A stretch of DNA of 64,000 nt from the NCBI RefSeq assembly GCF_048259935.1, contig NZ_JBLXHF010000008.1, positions 25,631 to 89,630 of the forward strand, written 5' to 3'. Of the stretch, positions 8,201 to 16,074 are shown one piece after another. The translations under genes and the position numbers were made by a program. This DNA is from Microbacterium sp. Lineage in GTDB: Bacteria; Actinomycetota; Actinomycetes; Actinomycetales; Microbacteriaceae. How positions within the stretch are numbered: position 1 is the stretch's first letter; each line of letters opens with the position of its first letter. The notes under the pieces were generated by a model. The model was given only the letters and a program-made list of their open reading frames with translations. It did no database searches and was not told the origin of the DNA.

Positions 8201-10222
8201 GAGGATCTGGTCAGTAGAGAGCGAGCCCTGGAACTCCGTGCCGACAAGGCCCTGAGGGATGGTGACCTGGCCCAGCACTTCAGCGCCCGCGACCAGTTCG
8301 ATGGTGCCTGCGGGATGCGGCCCACCGCGTAGATCGCGCAGGGTGAACGGGAATTCGGCACTTTGACCGTGCTCGCTGTCGTGCGCAGCGGCGCCGAGCG
8401 TGAGGGTGACCGGATAGCGCAGTACGGTGGCCGTAACGTCAGCAGGCTGCGTGATCACCCCTGCATTGGGATAGCGGTACACCGCTTCGAAGCGGTGCGC
8501 GCCAACGCCGAGACCCGAGAACGTGGCTTCGGCTGCACCGTTGCCATCAACCTCGACGGTCACAGGGGCAACCGAGGAGTCGCTGGCGTCTTGGAACGTG
8601 ACGTTACCGAAGATCGCCGGCCCCGTGTCGCCGGTGACCGTAGCACTGAGGAGCACTGACTCGTCGCCGTAGATTTCCGTCGCCGAAGCGCTGAGCGCGA
8701 CCCGGGTGGAACTATCTATGACGCCAACGTGGTGCGTGATAGTCAGTGCGGGGCCGTTGATTTCATCAACTTCACGATTGGCCTTATAGCTCGTCTCGAC
8801 CAGAATGCGGTGTTCGCCTACTTCGAGACCGAGGTGATCGAGTGAGTACTCTGCTTCCCGCCCGCCGCCTGCAGCTTGGCTGCGACCCACGAAAATCTGA
8901 TCGTCATTCTCGTCGAGCAGGTATACGACGATGAAAAAGGTGTACGGAATCTGCCCGTCGTCGACGGTAGTCGCCTGGATGTCGAGCGTGATCGGTGCGC
9001 CCGGGGCTGTGAGCTCGCCCTCGAGAACCGTGAGCACAGGCCGAAAGTTAAAGAGTTGCCCGGTGTCTGTGCCCGGTGGCTCCTCTGCCGGTGGCTCCTC
9101 TGCTGGTGGCTCCTCAGCCGGTGGCTCCTCAGCCGGTGGCTCCTCTGCCGGTGGCTCCTCAGCCGGTGGCTGCTCAGTTGGTGGCTCCTCGGCGCCCTCC
9201 TCGCCCTCTGCACTGTATGCCTGCTCGGTACTTGCCTGGGCAGCCGGTGCCAGTGGCACCACCTGAATGAACCCCACCAGTAGTGCCGCGCTGACTGTCA
9301 CCGCGGTGACGGGAAAACGGAGCGAGCGGCGCAGCCGCGGCAGGGGAACGATCTGGTGTCTGCTGTCGCGCAGGGTGCGGGTGAGCTCGACAATCACTGC
9401 GAGGGGGAACCCGAACGTGCACACCTGAGCGAGCAGACTCACGCTGCTCATGAGTGCGGAGGGAATGCCGGCGAGTGCGAGCAGGCCAATGGCAAATTGC
9501 AGCAGGAAGTATGCGGTGAATGACACGAAGAGTGCGGCGGCCACGACGAACTCGAAAGGGCGAGTGAGTGCTGCCGAGCGCCTCAGCGCTGCGAACGGGC
9601 CGTGCCCCTCGAGCGCGATCACGGCGACCGCCGTCGACCAACGCACGGCGACGACGGCTGCGAGGCCGAACGGAATGAGGGCGGCGACAAACCACCACGT
9701 CGAAATGGGGAGTTGTCGCCTTGCGAGCTTTGCGATGAGTGCCGCGAGCAGCCCAATGGCACCGAGCGCCGTAAGCAGTGGTGTCGCAACTGCGAGAAGT
9801 GCGACGGTCAGGAAGATAGTGAGGAGGGCGACGGCCGCTGGAAGGGAGTATCGAGCACCATGCACGAGTGCTGCGCCCATCCGCATGGCGTGCTTCGACC
9901 GTGCATCGTCGAGCACACGGACGAGCGCAACCTGGCCCATGCCGGCGAGCAGCGCGACGACAAGTGCGCCGGGAATTGCCACCTCCACGAACAACAGGGT
10001 GAAGCCCGTCGGGGTCACGCCGATGCCAGCCGCATCGAGCATGAAGGGAAGTTGAAGTCTGGCCAGGGGCACCATAAATGAGAACGCCGCCACCGTAACG
10101 ATGGCGGCGATGAGCGAGATGAGGAGCAGTATGAGTGCGCTGCGCAGGAAGGCACGTCGGTAAGCGATCGACGCCCGACCGAACACGCGGCCCAACGGCG
10201 CGAATCGGCTGTTATCGGTCAT
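2291..10222 (-). CDS. Giant (about 2,643 aa) membrane-anchored surface protein: N-terminal polytopic membrane domain, (PAEEP)n linker, long array of bacterial Ig-like repeats, six Cys-bracketed InlB-B-repeat-like modules, unassigned C-terminal domain of about 250 aa
   Basis: Single uninterrupted ORF 2291..10300. I prefer the start at Met27 (10222, GGAAGG 5 nt upstream); Met21 (10240) is possible. About 7-8 hydrophobic helices lie in the first 330 aa. Repeats look like VTFQDASDSSVAPVTVEVDGNGAAEATFSGLGVGAHRFEAVY (Ig-like). The C-proximal modules have C...NCP...W.GW.G motifs. No LPXTG motif or classical signal peptide was seen. Confidence 0.85.
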   Translation of the reverse strand: MTDNSRFAPLGRVFGRASIAYRRAFLRSALILLLISLIAAIVTVAAFSFMVPLARLQLPFMLDAAGIGVTPTGFTLLFVEVAIPGALVVALLAGMGQVALVRVLDDARSKHAMRMGAALVHGARYSLPAAVALLTIFLTVALLAVATPLLTALGAIGLLAALIAKLARRQLPISTWWFVAALIPFGLAAVVAVRWSTAVAVIALEGHGPFAALRRSAALTRPFEFVVAAALFVSFTAYFLLQFAIGLLALAGIPSALMSSVSLLAQVCTFGFPLAVIVELTRTLRDSRHQIVPLPRLRRSLRFPVTAVTVSAALLVGFIQVVPLAPAAQASTEQAYSAEGEEGAEEPPTEQPPAEEPPAEEPPAEEPPAEEPPAEEPPAEEPPGTDTGQLFNFRPVLTVLEGELTAPGAPITLDIQATTVDDGQIPYTFFIVVYLLDENDDQIFVGRSQAAGGGREAEYSLDHLGLEVGEHRILVETSYKANREVDEINGPALTITHHVGVIDSSTRVALSASATEIYGDESVLLSATVTGDTGPAIFGNVTFQDASDSSVAPVTVEVDGNGAAEATFSGLGVGAHRFEAVYRYPNAGVITQPADVTATVLRYPVTLTLGAAAHDSEHGQSAEFPFTLRDLRGGPHPAGTIELVAGAEVLGQVTIPQGLVGTEFQGSLSTDQILVGTHTLSAQFISSDGQHEDATSLPVTHSVDAVNVMLSIDSSNGWEMPRGSSTTLTVGVEVAPGSDRIPTGTTLTVTVGADVRDFVLQGSEREVSLYLEDVRGNSGGKVEITATLSGSTTHTATQETAEISMRAAVPSIQLLLVTPGAPGTAQGFEAYIAGETAVRPTDGRLQVRLKGTTTWQTLTVGTDNPVPFSMSLGLGEHVIQARYLSDRPGEFADTDITETTFMVRHVATQLTAHGPTTHPRVGEEYQIVVDVAEFVHAPTGGPAGDIIVERTEGTRVASGTISAGTVTITIPGAGLGDDELLISYPGSRIHGSSSTSLSVLVRAWSSTTSLVANPASTTVGEATELTATVTSQVPAALTALTGGEVEFSVDDQAVGTAVIGADGTAKLAIVSPMTTGSHTVKARFIGVTGIVGESSMQSTLEVSTATTSLEVSVSPDALISREIAQVTVRVSVDPRSPATASGGTVTLTGSLLGSQPTQIVGADGTTTFTVVAPYGAGELFDVSARYSGTAELAAASASTSVRVNAAPVELGIGGVDRITVGEQANIAVDLSIPGSIPVPTSGAIDLFAGDTLISSKTLSQGSGSTVNFTLSAPGSLAIGDHLLTARFSGAYGYLEATSPEKSFTVLGRETETLLLVSPSGSTPRGTTFTATVRVDVLWTSDRPAGRIWLYNGDTVVRQTFISDFDGDRGVAAFAIDDLPIGAYDLRAEYVANDGMNANSTSALAQHEVTGRTVSLAPVFGALSVGQDATVIVDVRDLNATGGSAPEGDVDILLGGSAVGTGWVVPGASGSLTSQATVTIPFMKLLGGVQKFTVMYRSYDGIHSFAETSVTVPVEKLTPVLRVTPQNIPSEIQWGDELRVQVNAFPSSAPGASSLPLPSGALTVTLSDRTPCALDGIDYRCTPERPGLVTVEASIAADTNYVARETSVALGTASKRTPALTVNVTYPGVNTAELETGTPVRVDWHLDGPGVRPTLSGIPQGAICRGDATGYCEFSYGLAAAGAVQKIRAEYPGNELWNAATTWQQSLTPLACYPLIIRTNSSAMGTLSLATVDGPKCTNGDFRAGTKVAVRATPAASDSPGWRYELMTVSNRKADTAVGGLFWFTVGKAPGQTTDIYADFAKVTACYPVTLQQISATGGPLSSHLTFGQQPNCPGVPELESSPGANVDGLRSTAVVGWFVGGTVLAPAANTTQGEEFYAARMAGSSEPAVNAALNATLWQQRMPGAFTVHEAVSIQAQFGDPCLPVSLTAEGAGRVSATSAPNCADAFRPDEYRQGTEVVWDVVPDPTVFGFVADAASAGSFSLSDDPADHLLGVGSFTMRALPGGNTAMIRFSECHTLTVDNLTPDRNSVAASASNCPVGAPPAEGTWRYRSGSAVDVWTTRLRDQDFQLRFISWNHPDAASNPAIADEFSRASASFTIDSSLTLRPAYMFRDECTPLTVGPGAPGIEVQVDPDSARGVSKCDKGDLLTGWTTARLAGETTKDQITIAARSTTGNPQLGWVVGGSGTSPVPSVGTGTRGSTVHLTESGNRTLTAYACQEVSPYVGITDVTGEPRIALQRTGTFIEISPAPNCPFNSNAWLIGTDLTFTAGADERGYEFGVWGGVAEVSTDDPRTASYTVDATAPTVAVTAAYAVLCHTLTVSGKAHRVTQVPQPNCPGAPAGGLDENNVYTGHYIGGTAVALFGEVPGGNIWQGWSGDLEETGKVKVAVAIMDADKAAEHRYRGKSWDEKAADFFTEAGNQLAVAAKKALGGVAYVAGTFMQEVPPASLLGESFEMLSLVGDLLNRIGVPTSVTKYFSYPSQALDWMYSGFTCVASASLSSQGGGASRDVSQDTSSAEKSAYDTVGSGFKAIGIDTGDNSAALSQALSDLYLAGKITGKLGQLTGVGAGVDKAMSAVDTGLEVYNIVNGPQGVGWDGSASDAWDSDMGDHIAGCMAAATPDFLRDAVPISNTDFERFDEDYGL
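9075..9194. repeat. Eight tandem 15-bp units (GGTGGCTCCTC[T/A]GCC consensus) encoding the (PAEEP)n linker of the giant protein
   Basis: Direct reading; the units start at 9075, 9090, 9105, 9120, 9135, 9150, 9165 and 9180. The last two are degenerate. On the coding strand this gives EEPPTEQPPAEEPPAEEPPAEEPPAEEPPAEEPPAEEPPG. Confidence 0.9.
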
Positions 10223-10503
10223 GACGACCTTCCACTTCATCGTTGATACAGAGCCCCTCCAGCGGAGCTTAAACGAATGAGTGTGGCCTAATTGGGCCAA
10301 AGGTCACTAATGGCCAACAGCTATTGTTTCGGCAGCTGTGCTGCCTGCCAGGCCGCGCCGAGCGAAAAGTGGCCTGTCGCCCCAAAATGTGCCATCGCGT
10401 CGGCGACCCGGCGGCGGCCGGTGCCCTACGTGTCAGGGTTGAGTGAGTCCACCGGTTTATAGCAAGTCCGCCTCGTGGGGCGAGTTGAAGGATCACCAAT
10501 CTG

Positions 10504-10944
10504 ATGAGTTTGAGTTCCCCGGTCGCGGTCGTCGCGGCCGATGATGGAGTCGTGAGCGCACCCTCGATCCCGGACGGGCCGACGCGTCGGCGTTCGTTCT
10601 CGCCGGGCCAGAAGTTGCAGTACCTGTCCGAGTACGAGGTCGCGTGCGAGACGGGTGAGGGCGCGGGATACCTGCGCCGACATGGCCTGTACTCGTCGCT
10701 GATCTCGGAGTGGCGCAAGCAGCGCGACGCGGGTCTGCTGGAGGGCAAGAACCCCGGCGAAGCGGTCGGTCGTCCCAGCGCCGCGCAGGCCGAGAACGCC
10801 CGGTTGAAGGCGCAACTGCGGAAGGCCGAGGTGGAGTTGTCGATGACGCGGACGGCGTTGGAGATCATGGGAAAAGCGCACGCGCTCTTGGGGCAGATCT
10901 CCGAGAGCGCGGACACCGACCCGCGGCGCGGGAAGCGCTCATGA
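10504..10944 (+). CDS. IS3-family transposase OrfA (HTH/leucine-zipper part)
   Basis: The 146-aa ORF contains ...RRSFSPGQKLQYLSEYEVACETGEGAGYLRRHGLYSSLISEWRKQRDAG..., followed by a coiled-coil segment (ENARLKAQLRKAEVELSMTRTALEIMGKA) typical of IS3 OrfA. Confidence 0.85.
   Translation: MSLSSPVAVVAADDGVVSAPSIPDGPTRRRSFSPGQKLQYLSEYEVACETGEGAGYLRRHGLYSSLISEWRKQRDAGLLEGKNPGEAVGRPSAAQAENARLKAQLRKAEVELSMTRTALEIMGKAHALLGQISESADTDPRRGKRS
10869..10875 (+). promoter_or_regulatory. Candidate -1 programmed ribosomal frameshift heptamer G_GGA_AAA (X XXY YYZ in the OrfA frame)
   Basis: The OrfA codons are atg gga aaa gcg. The -1 frame (ggg aaa agc ...) is open from 10710 and continues directly into OrfB. 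The heptamer phase was checked against both ORF-track frames. Confidence 0.45.
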
Positions 10945-11954
10945 ACACCTACGTCGAACTGGCCGCCGCGGACGTGCCGACCCGGCAGGCGGCAGCCCTG
11001 ACCGGCGTGGCGCGTGCGACCGCGACCCGCGCCGCCTCCCGCGCACGCCGACCGGACCCCGAGCCGCCGTCGGCTCGTCCTGCCCCAGCGAACAAGCTCT
11101 CGAGCGTCGAGCGGTCGCTGGTGCTGTCCACGCTCAACAGTGACGAGTTCGTCGACAAGCCGCCGTTGCAGATCTATCCCATCCTGCTCGAGCGCGGCGA
11201 ATACGTGGGCTCGGTCTCGACCATGTATCGGGTGCTGCGCGAGCACACGCAGGTACGGGAGCGGCGCCGGCTCGCGACCCATCCGCCGCGGAAGGTGCCG
11301 GAGCTGATCGCGACCGCCGTCGGGCAGGTCTATACCTGGGACATCACGAAACTCGCCGGCCCTGTCAAAGGCACGTACTACGACGCGTACGTGATGATCG
11401 ACATCTTCTCCCGCTACATCGTCGGCGCCATCGTGCACGCCTGCGAGGACGGCCTACTCGCCAAGGAGATGATGACCGACGCGTTCGGGATCCACGGCAC
11501 CCCCGAGGTCGTGCACTCCGACGGCGGCCCCTCGATGACGTCGAAGACCGTCCGCACACTGCTCGCCGATCTCGGCGTGACCGCGTCCCGCTCCCGACCG
11601 CACGTGTCCAATGACAACCCCTACTCCGAAGCGCTGTTCAAGACGATGAAGTACCTGCCCGTCTTCCCCGACCGGTTCGTCTCCCTCGCCCACGCACGGC
11701 AGTTCCTGGACGAATTCGTGCACGCCTACAACCACCACCACCGGCACACCGGCATCGGCATGCACACGCCCGCCGACGTGCACTACGGGCACGCCGACGC
11801 CATCGACCGCGACCGAGACGCCACACTCGAGGCCGCCCGCCGCGCCCACCCCGAACGGTTCACGACGCGACAGACGCGACCGAAGATCCTCGACCGAGAC
11901 CCGGCCGCGTGGATCAACCAGCCACCAACCGACGAGATCCAACTCGCCGCCTAA
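10941..11954 (+). CDS. IS3-family transposase OrfB (rve/DDE integrase core)
   Basis: The ATG at 10941 overlaps the OrfA TGA (ATGA). The sequence contains YTWDITKL...YVMIDIFSRYIVG...VHSDGGPSMTS...SNDNPYSEALFKTMKY...YNHHHRHTGIG, a DDE/rve signature. The -1 frame is open upstream to 10710, so an OrfAB fusion is possible. Confidence 0.85.
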   Translation: MNTYVELAAADVPTRQAAALTGVARATATRAASRARRPDPEPPSARPAPANKLSSVERSLVLSTLNSDEFVDKPPLQIYPILLERGEYVGSVSTMYRVLREHTQVRERRRLATHPPRKVPELIATAVGQVYTWDITKLAGPVKGTYYDAYVMIDIFSRYIVGAIVHACEDGLLAKEMMTDAFGIHGTPEVVHSDGGPSMTSKTVRTLLADLGVTASRSRPHVSNDNPYSEALFKTMKYLPVFPDRFVSLAHARQFLDEFVHAYNHHHRHTGIGMHTPADVHYGHADAIDRDRDATLEAARRAHPERFTTRQTRPKILDRDPAAWINQPPTDEIQLAA

Positions 11955-11966
11955 CACCCACCGGCC

Positions 11967-12950
11967 TCACTCGCCTTGACAAATTCCGGTGCGGGAAGCA
12001 ACCCCGAGTGCCGACGAGGCCGCATCCATCGTCATACCCTGGTTCATGAGCCGCATCATGCCATCCCACGCATGGCCCTCATCGCCCAAATGCATGCGCA
12101 TCAGCGACTCCACTGAGACCGACTCTGCCCAGACGCGATCGTAGACCCAGGTGAGCACCGCGGCGAGTGCGGGGGACTGAATCGCGATGACGCTCGATGG
12201 CCACGCTTCACCCCACTTCAGCGGTAGGCCGACCGTTTCGTGGTCGGCAACCCAGAAGAAGCTCGGCGGGTTCGGGTGCATCCTGATCTGCACCCCCGAG
12301 TCGAGTTCACCCTGTACCCGGTCGTAGCCAGCCGGGTTGGTGGCATCGGACAGGCTCATGAGCAGGCGCACATCGACCTTGTGGCCCGAGCGTGCCGCCC
12401 AGAATGAGGCCTGGTATTCGCTTTGCGGCGAAAAGAGCGCACTCGTGTCGGGCATGCACACGTCTGTGATCTTGGGCACTCGGCGAGTGAACTGCAGCCG
12501 CCACATGTCGGCCGGCGCCCACGGGCCGTGCGTGATCTCAACCTGCAGGTTCGGTGCGGCGGAGGTGCCCTCTGACCAGGCCTGCACGAGGCCGGGCACC
12601 GTGCCGAGCACACGCTGGGCGTCACCGAGCGCGTCCTCAAGCTGCAGCCGAACCTGGCTGAGTAAAGTTTCGGTGAGGCCAGCAGCTGCAGCCTCGGGCC
12701 TGCGGTAGGTGATGACATCGTTCGTGATGCTGACAAAGCCAAGGTGCTCAAGCGCGTCGAGTGATGCGCGAATATTGGTTTCGCTCTCGCCGGTGAGCTC
12801 GGCGAGAGCTCCGGGTGACTCGGGTCGGCTGCGCAGCGCCGTGTCAAGTAGGGGTGTCAACTGTGGCAGTTGCTGCAGACGATCCAAGTGTGCCTCCGTG
12901 ACCCAAGTTCTACGGTGCACTTCGGTGTGCGTCGTGCGCCAATCGTACAT
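11967..12950 (-). pseudogene. Transcriptional regulator (N-terminal wHTH-like region, C-terminal LuxR-type HTH) truncated at its 3' end by the IS3 element
   Basis: The native sequence ends at 11982 (...LMNQGMTMDAASSALGVASRTGI). The last 4 codons (CQGE) and the stop come from the IS right terminus (TGTCAAGGCGAGTGA). The G.T....A..LG.S.RT pattern is the first half of a LuxR/GerE HTH, and about 25-30 aa of the recognition helix and tail are missing. Confidence 0.6.
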
Positions 12951-13020
12951 CGGTGCTGTTGGCCGATTTGCTGGCAGCTGTGAGGACCCGGCTCAGGACG
13001 CCCTAAACGGTAAAAGCGAA

Positions 13021-13046
13021 AGCCCCTCGTATTGCTACGAAGGGCT
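13021..13046 (-). terminator. Hairpin downstream of tRNA-Gln (minus strand) followed by a T-run
   Basis: agcccctcg / cgaagggct form a 9-bp stem with one mismatch and an 8-nt loop. On the minus strand this is followed by TTCGCTTTT. Confidence 0.45.
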
Positions 13047-13103
13047 CCCTAAACCGAAACGAGCTTGTCTCGCCATTTGATCATGGTTCGACAAACTCGT
13101 ATG

Positions 13104-13178
13104 TGGCTGGGGTACCTGGACTCGAACCAAGAATGGCGGTACCAGAAACCGCTGTGTTGCCAATTACACCATACCCCA
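13104..13178 (-). tRNA. tRNA-Gln (anticodon CTG), CCA encoded
   Basis: The reverse complement is TGGGGTATGGTGTAATTGGCAACACAGCGGTTTCTGGTACCGCCATTCTTGGTTCGAGTCCAGGTACCCCAGCCA. It folds as a cloverleaf with a 7-bp acceptor stem, anticodon loop TTCTGGT and T-loop TTCGAGT. It lies downstream of gltX, as is common in actinobacteria. Confidence 0.9.
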
Positions 13179-13239
13179 AGGGCGAAACCTGAGCTTCGCA
13201 CAAGAGATAACTTTACCCGATCTTGGCGCTCCCACCAAA

Positions 13240-13272
13240 ACGCGCCCGGAGGCAGAGTTCCCCCGGGCGCGT
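13240..13272 (-). terminator. Hairpin downstream of gltX
   Basis: acgcgcccgg / ccgggcgcgt form a perfect 10-bp stem with a 13-nt loop. On the minus strand this is followed by TTTTGG. Confidence 0.5.
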
Positions 13273-13281
13273 CGTGATGAG

Positions 13282-14787
13282 TCAGTTGTTCAGATGCTCC
13301 GCGAGAGCGCGCAGACGCTTGAGCGACTCCTCTTTGCCGAGCAGCTCCATCGACTCGAACAGCGGCGGCGACACACGGCGACCGGTGATCGCCACGCGCG
13401 GAGGACCGTAGGCGATTCGCGGCTTGAGTTCGAGCTTCTCGACGAGTGCTGTGGCGAGGGCGTCCTGGATCTTCTCCGGGGTGAACTCGGTCACCGGCTC
13501 AAGAGCCGCGACACAGGCGTCGAGAACCTCGACGGCGTTCGCTGGCAGCCCCTTGAGAGCATCCGCATCGTAGGAGATCTCATCTGTGAAGAGGAAGCCG
13601 ACCATTCCCGGTACGTCACCCAGCAGCTGTACGCGCTCCTGCACGAGAGGTGCGACACGGAACGCGAGTACGAGCTGCTCGTGGGTCGGCTCGTCGAAGA
13701 GACCGGCTGCGGCGAGGTACGGGATCGTGCGCTCTGCGAAGTCCTTCTCGCCCAGCATCCGGATGTGGTCGCCGTTGATCGATTCGGCCTTCTTCTGGTC
13801 GAAGCGGGCCGGGTTCGGGTTGACGTTCTCGATATCGAACGCGGCAGTGAACTCCTCGAGGGAGAACACGTCGCGATCAGGGCCGATCGACCAGCCGAGC
13901 AGCGCGAGATAGTTCAGCAGTCCCTCGTGGATGAATCCACGCTGACGATGCAGGAACAGGTCAGCCTGCGGGTCACGCTTGGAGAGCTTCTTGTTGCCGG
14001 TCTCACCCAGCACGAGCGGCATATGCGCGAAGCGCGGCACGAACGTCGTGACACCCGCGTCGATGAGAGCCGCATACAGCGCGAGCTGCCGAGCGGTGGA
14101 CGGCATGAGGTCCTCGCCGCGCAGCACATGTGTGACGCCCATCAGCGCATCGTCGACAGGGTTGACGAAGGTGTACAGCGGAATGCCGTTGGGGCGCACG
14201 ACCACGAAGTCAGGGAAGGACCCCGCGGGGAAAGTCACCTCGCCGCGGATCAGATCGACGTACGTGAGGTCCTCGTCCGGTACGCGCAGTCGCAGTGCGG
14301 GCTGACGGCCCTCAGCACGGAAAGCGGCCTTCTGCTCATCGGTGAGCTCGCGATCGTAGTTGTCGTAGCCGAGCTGCTTCGCACGGCCATTCGCCTCGTT
14401 GCGGGCGTCGATCTCTTCTGCGTTCGAGAAGCTCTCGTAGATCGCGCCTGCCGCGAGCAGCTTGTCGATGACACCACGGTAGATGTCATGACGCTCGGAC
14501 TGACGGTAGGGCCCGTGCGGTCCGCCGACCTCGACGCCCTCGTCCCAATCGATCTCCATCCAGCGCAGCGCATCGAGCAGCTGCTGGTAGCTCTCCTCAC
14601 TGTCGCGCGCCGCATCGGTGTCTTCGATGCGGAAGACGAGCTTGCCGCCGTTGTGCCGCGCATACGCCCAGTTGAACAGAGCTGTCCGGATCAAGCCGAC
14701 GTGCGGAAGACCAGTCGGAGACGGGCAGAAGCGCACGCGCACATCGGAGCCGGTTGCGGTCGTGGTGAGGGGGTGAGGAGTAGCCAT
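13282..14787 (-). CDS. gltX: Glutamate--tRNA ligase
   Basis: 501 aa. It contains [43 protein letters not shown] (HIGH-type motif) and KLSKRD (KMSKS-type motif). Confidence 0.95.
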   Translation of the reverse strand: MATPHPLTTTATGSDVRVRFCPSPTGLPHVGLIRTALFNWAYARHNGGKLVFRIEDTDAARDSEESYQQLLDALRWMEIDWDEGVEVGGPHGPYRQSERHDIYRGVIDKLLAAGAIYESFSNAEEIDARNEANGRAKQLGYDNYDRELTDEQKAAFRAEGRQPALRLRVPDEDLTYVDLIRGEVTFPAGSFPDFVVVRPNGIPLYTFVNPVDDALMGVTHVLRGEDLMPSTARQLALYAALIDAGVTTFVPRFAHMPLVLGETGNKKLSKRDPQADLFLHRQRGFIHEGLLNYLALLGWSIGPDRDVFSLEEFTAAFDIENVNPNPARFDQKKAESINGDHIRMLGEKDFAERTIPYLAAAGLFDEPTHEQLVLAFRVAPLVQERVQLLGDVPGMVGFLFTDEISYDADALKGLPANAVEVLDACVAALEPVTEFTPEKIQDALATALVEKLELKPRIAYGPPRVAITGRRVSPPLFESMELLGKEESLKRLRALAEHLNN

Positions 14788-14817
14788 ATCACTTCAATCC
14801 TACGCGGGGGCGTGCAC

Positions 14818-16074
14818 TCACGCGGTGCGCGTCCGGCCGAGAGGAGATGCGATGACGATCGCGACGACCACAACCGCAGCGATGACCGCGAGCCCGGAGT
14901 ACTGGAAGTTCGACATGATGACCCCTGCGAGCACAGCGCCACCTGCCCCGCAGAAGCTCATGAGCGAGTCGCTGCGACCCTGGCGTCTCGTGCGCAGGGC
15001 TGGTGTCGTCGCTTCGGTCAGCAGGGCAGCGCCGGAGACCGTCGAGGCGCTCCATCCGAGTCCCAGCAGAACCAGCGCGATCATGACACCGCCGGCCTGA
15101 TCGTTCATGAAGAACGCGAAGGCGAGGGATGCGCCGAGCAGCGCCTGTCCTAGTAGAACGACTCGCAGCCGGCCCCAGCGATCGGCGAGAATGCCGAACA
15201 CCGGCGAGAGCGCGTACATGCCGGCCACGTGAGCGGCGATCGTGACCCCGACGAGTGTGGTGACATCTGTCGAGGTCGCATGCCCGCCGTGCGCATCCTG
15301 CGCCATGTGCGAGAGATGGATCGGGGTCATCGCCATCACGGACACCATCACGATGTGCGCACCGGCGATGGCGAACATCGCATACCGGGCAACAGTCGGG
15401 TGATCGCGACGCTGTTCACTCTGAGCCTGATTCGCCGATGATGCGAGGATTCGCTGCGAGAGAAGCAGCGGATCAGGCCTCAGCGCCACGATGTACAGGA
15501 TGAATGCCGCTACCTGAGCGACGAGCGAGAACAGGTAGGAACCGGTCTGCGGCGGCATCCCTATCGCTTGACCGACGATCTCCCCCGGCCCGAGCAGCAA
15601 CGGTCCCGTCACTCCCCCGATCGTCGTCGCCCAGACGACGATCGACAGGTCGCGCCCTCGATGACGAGGAGAGGCGAGATCGGTCGCCGCGAAGCGCGAC
15701 TGAAGGTTGCCCGCGTTGCCTGCACCGATCATCACGATGCCGACCAGCAGGAGCGGGAAGATGCGCAGAGCTGCGGCCAGGATGACGACGGCGATCCCGA
15801 CGAGCGCAAAGAGATTGCCCAGAGTGAGGGCCCAACGCCTGCCGAGTTTCATCGCCAGACGCGCCAGTGGTATCGCACACAGCGCAGCGCCGAGCGTGAC
15901 CGATGCCGTCGCGAGCCCCGATAGGGCGTCGTCTCCCGAGACGTCTGCGGCGAGCAGCGCGCCGAGCGATACCGTCGCACCGAACGCGATGCCACCGAGC
16001 ACCTGCCCCGACGACAGGACGATCACCGTGCGGCGCTGGATCGCCTGCTGTCGATCGAGAGTGGGCAGGGTCAT
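14818..16074 (-). CDS. MFS transporter (about 12 TM)
   Basis: 418 aa, hydrophobic throughout, with an MFS-like loop motif. Its start overlaps the stop of the upstream FAH-family gene by 4 nt. Confidence 0.8.
   Translation of the reverse strand: MTLPTLDRQQAIQRRTVIVLSSGQVLGGIAFGATVSLGALLAADVSGDDALSGLATASVTLGAALCAIPLARLAMKLGRRWALTLGNLFALVGIAVVILAAALRIFPLLLVGIVMIGAGNAGNLQSRFAATDLASPRHRGRDLSIVVWATTIGGVTGPLLLGPGEIVGQAIGMPPQTGSYLFSLVAQVAAFILYIVALRPDPLLLSQRILASSANQAQSEQRRDHPTVARYAMFAIAGAHIVMVSVMAMTPIHLSHMAQDAHGGHATSTDVTTLVGVTIAAHVAGMYALSPVFGILADRWGRLRVVLLGQALLGASLAFAFFMNDQAGGVMIALVLLGLGWSASTVSGAALLTEATTPALRTRRQGRSDSLMSFCGAGGAVLAGVIMSNFQYSGLAVIAAVVVVAIVIASPLGRTRTA

Larger units (their letters stand above)
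10431..11981 (+). mobile_element. IS3-family insertion sequence (1,551 bp) with TG...CA termini and imperfect inverted repeats of about 20 bp
   Basis: IRL is TGTCAGGGTTGAGTGAGTCC (10431-). The reverse complement of the right end is TGTCAAGGCGAGTGAGGCC (ends at 11981). OrfA and OrfB lie in the 0/-1 frame arrangement. No flanking direct repeat was found (acg on the left, aat on the right). Confidence 0.8.

Noticed and set aside
9075-9194. Regularly spaced repeats that could suggest a CRISPR array (also 60513-60548)
   Set aside because: The units are directly tandem with no spacers. They are 15 bp (in-frame coding PAEEP) or 13 bp (iteron-like). No cas genes are present in the window.
10269-11438. 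389-aa minus-strand ORF spanning the giant-gene promoter and IS3 element
   Set aside because: It is antisense to IS3 OrfA/OrfB, which have clear family motifs. It has no motifs of its own and crosses the IS boundary.
10428-11984. Target-site duplication for the IS3 element
   Set aside because: The flanking triplets and tetramers differ (..ctacg | IS | aattc..), so no TSD can be claimed. The boundaries rest on the imperfect IRs and TG/CA termini only.
13294-15153. 619-aa plus-strand ORF
   Set aside because: It is an antisense shadow of gltX and the MFS gene. Both minus-strand products are unambiguous.
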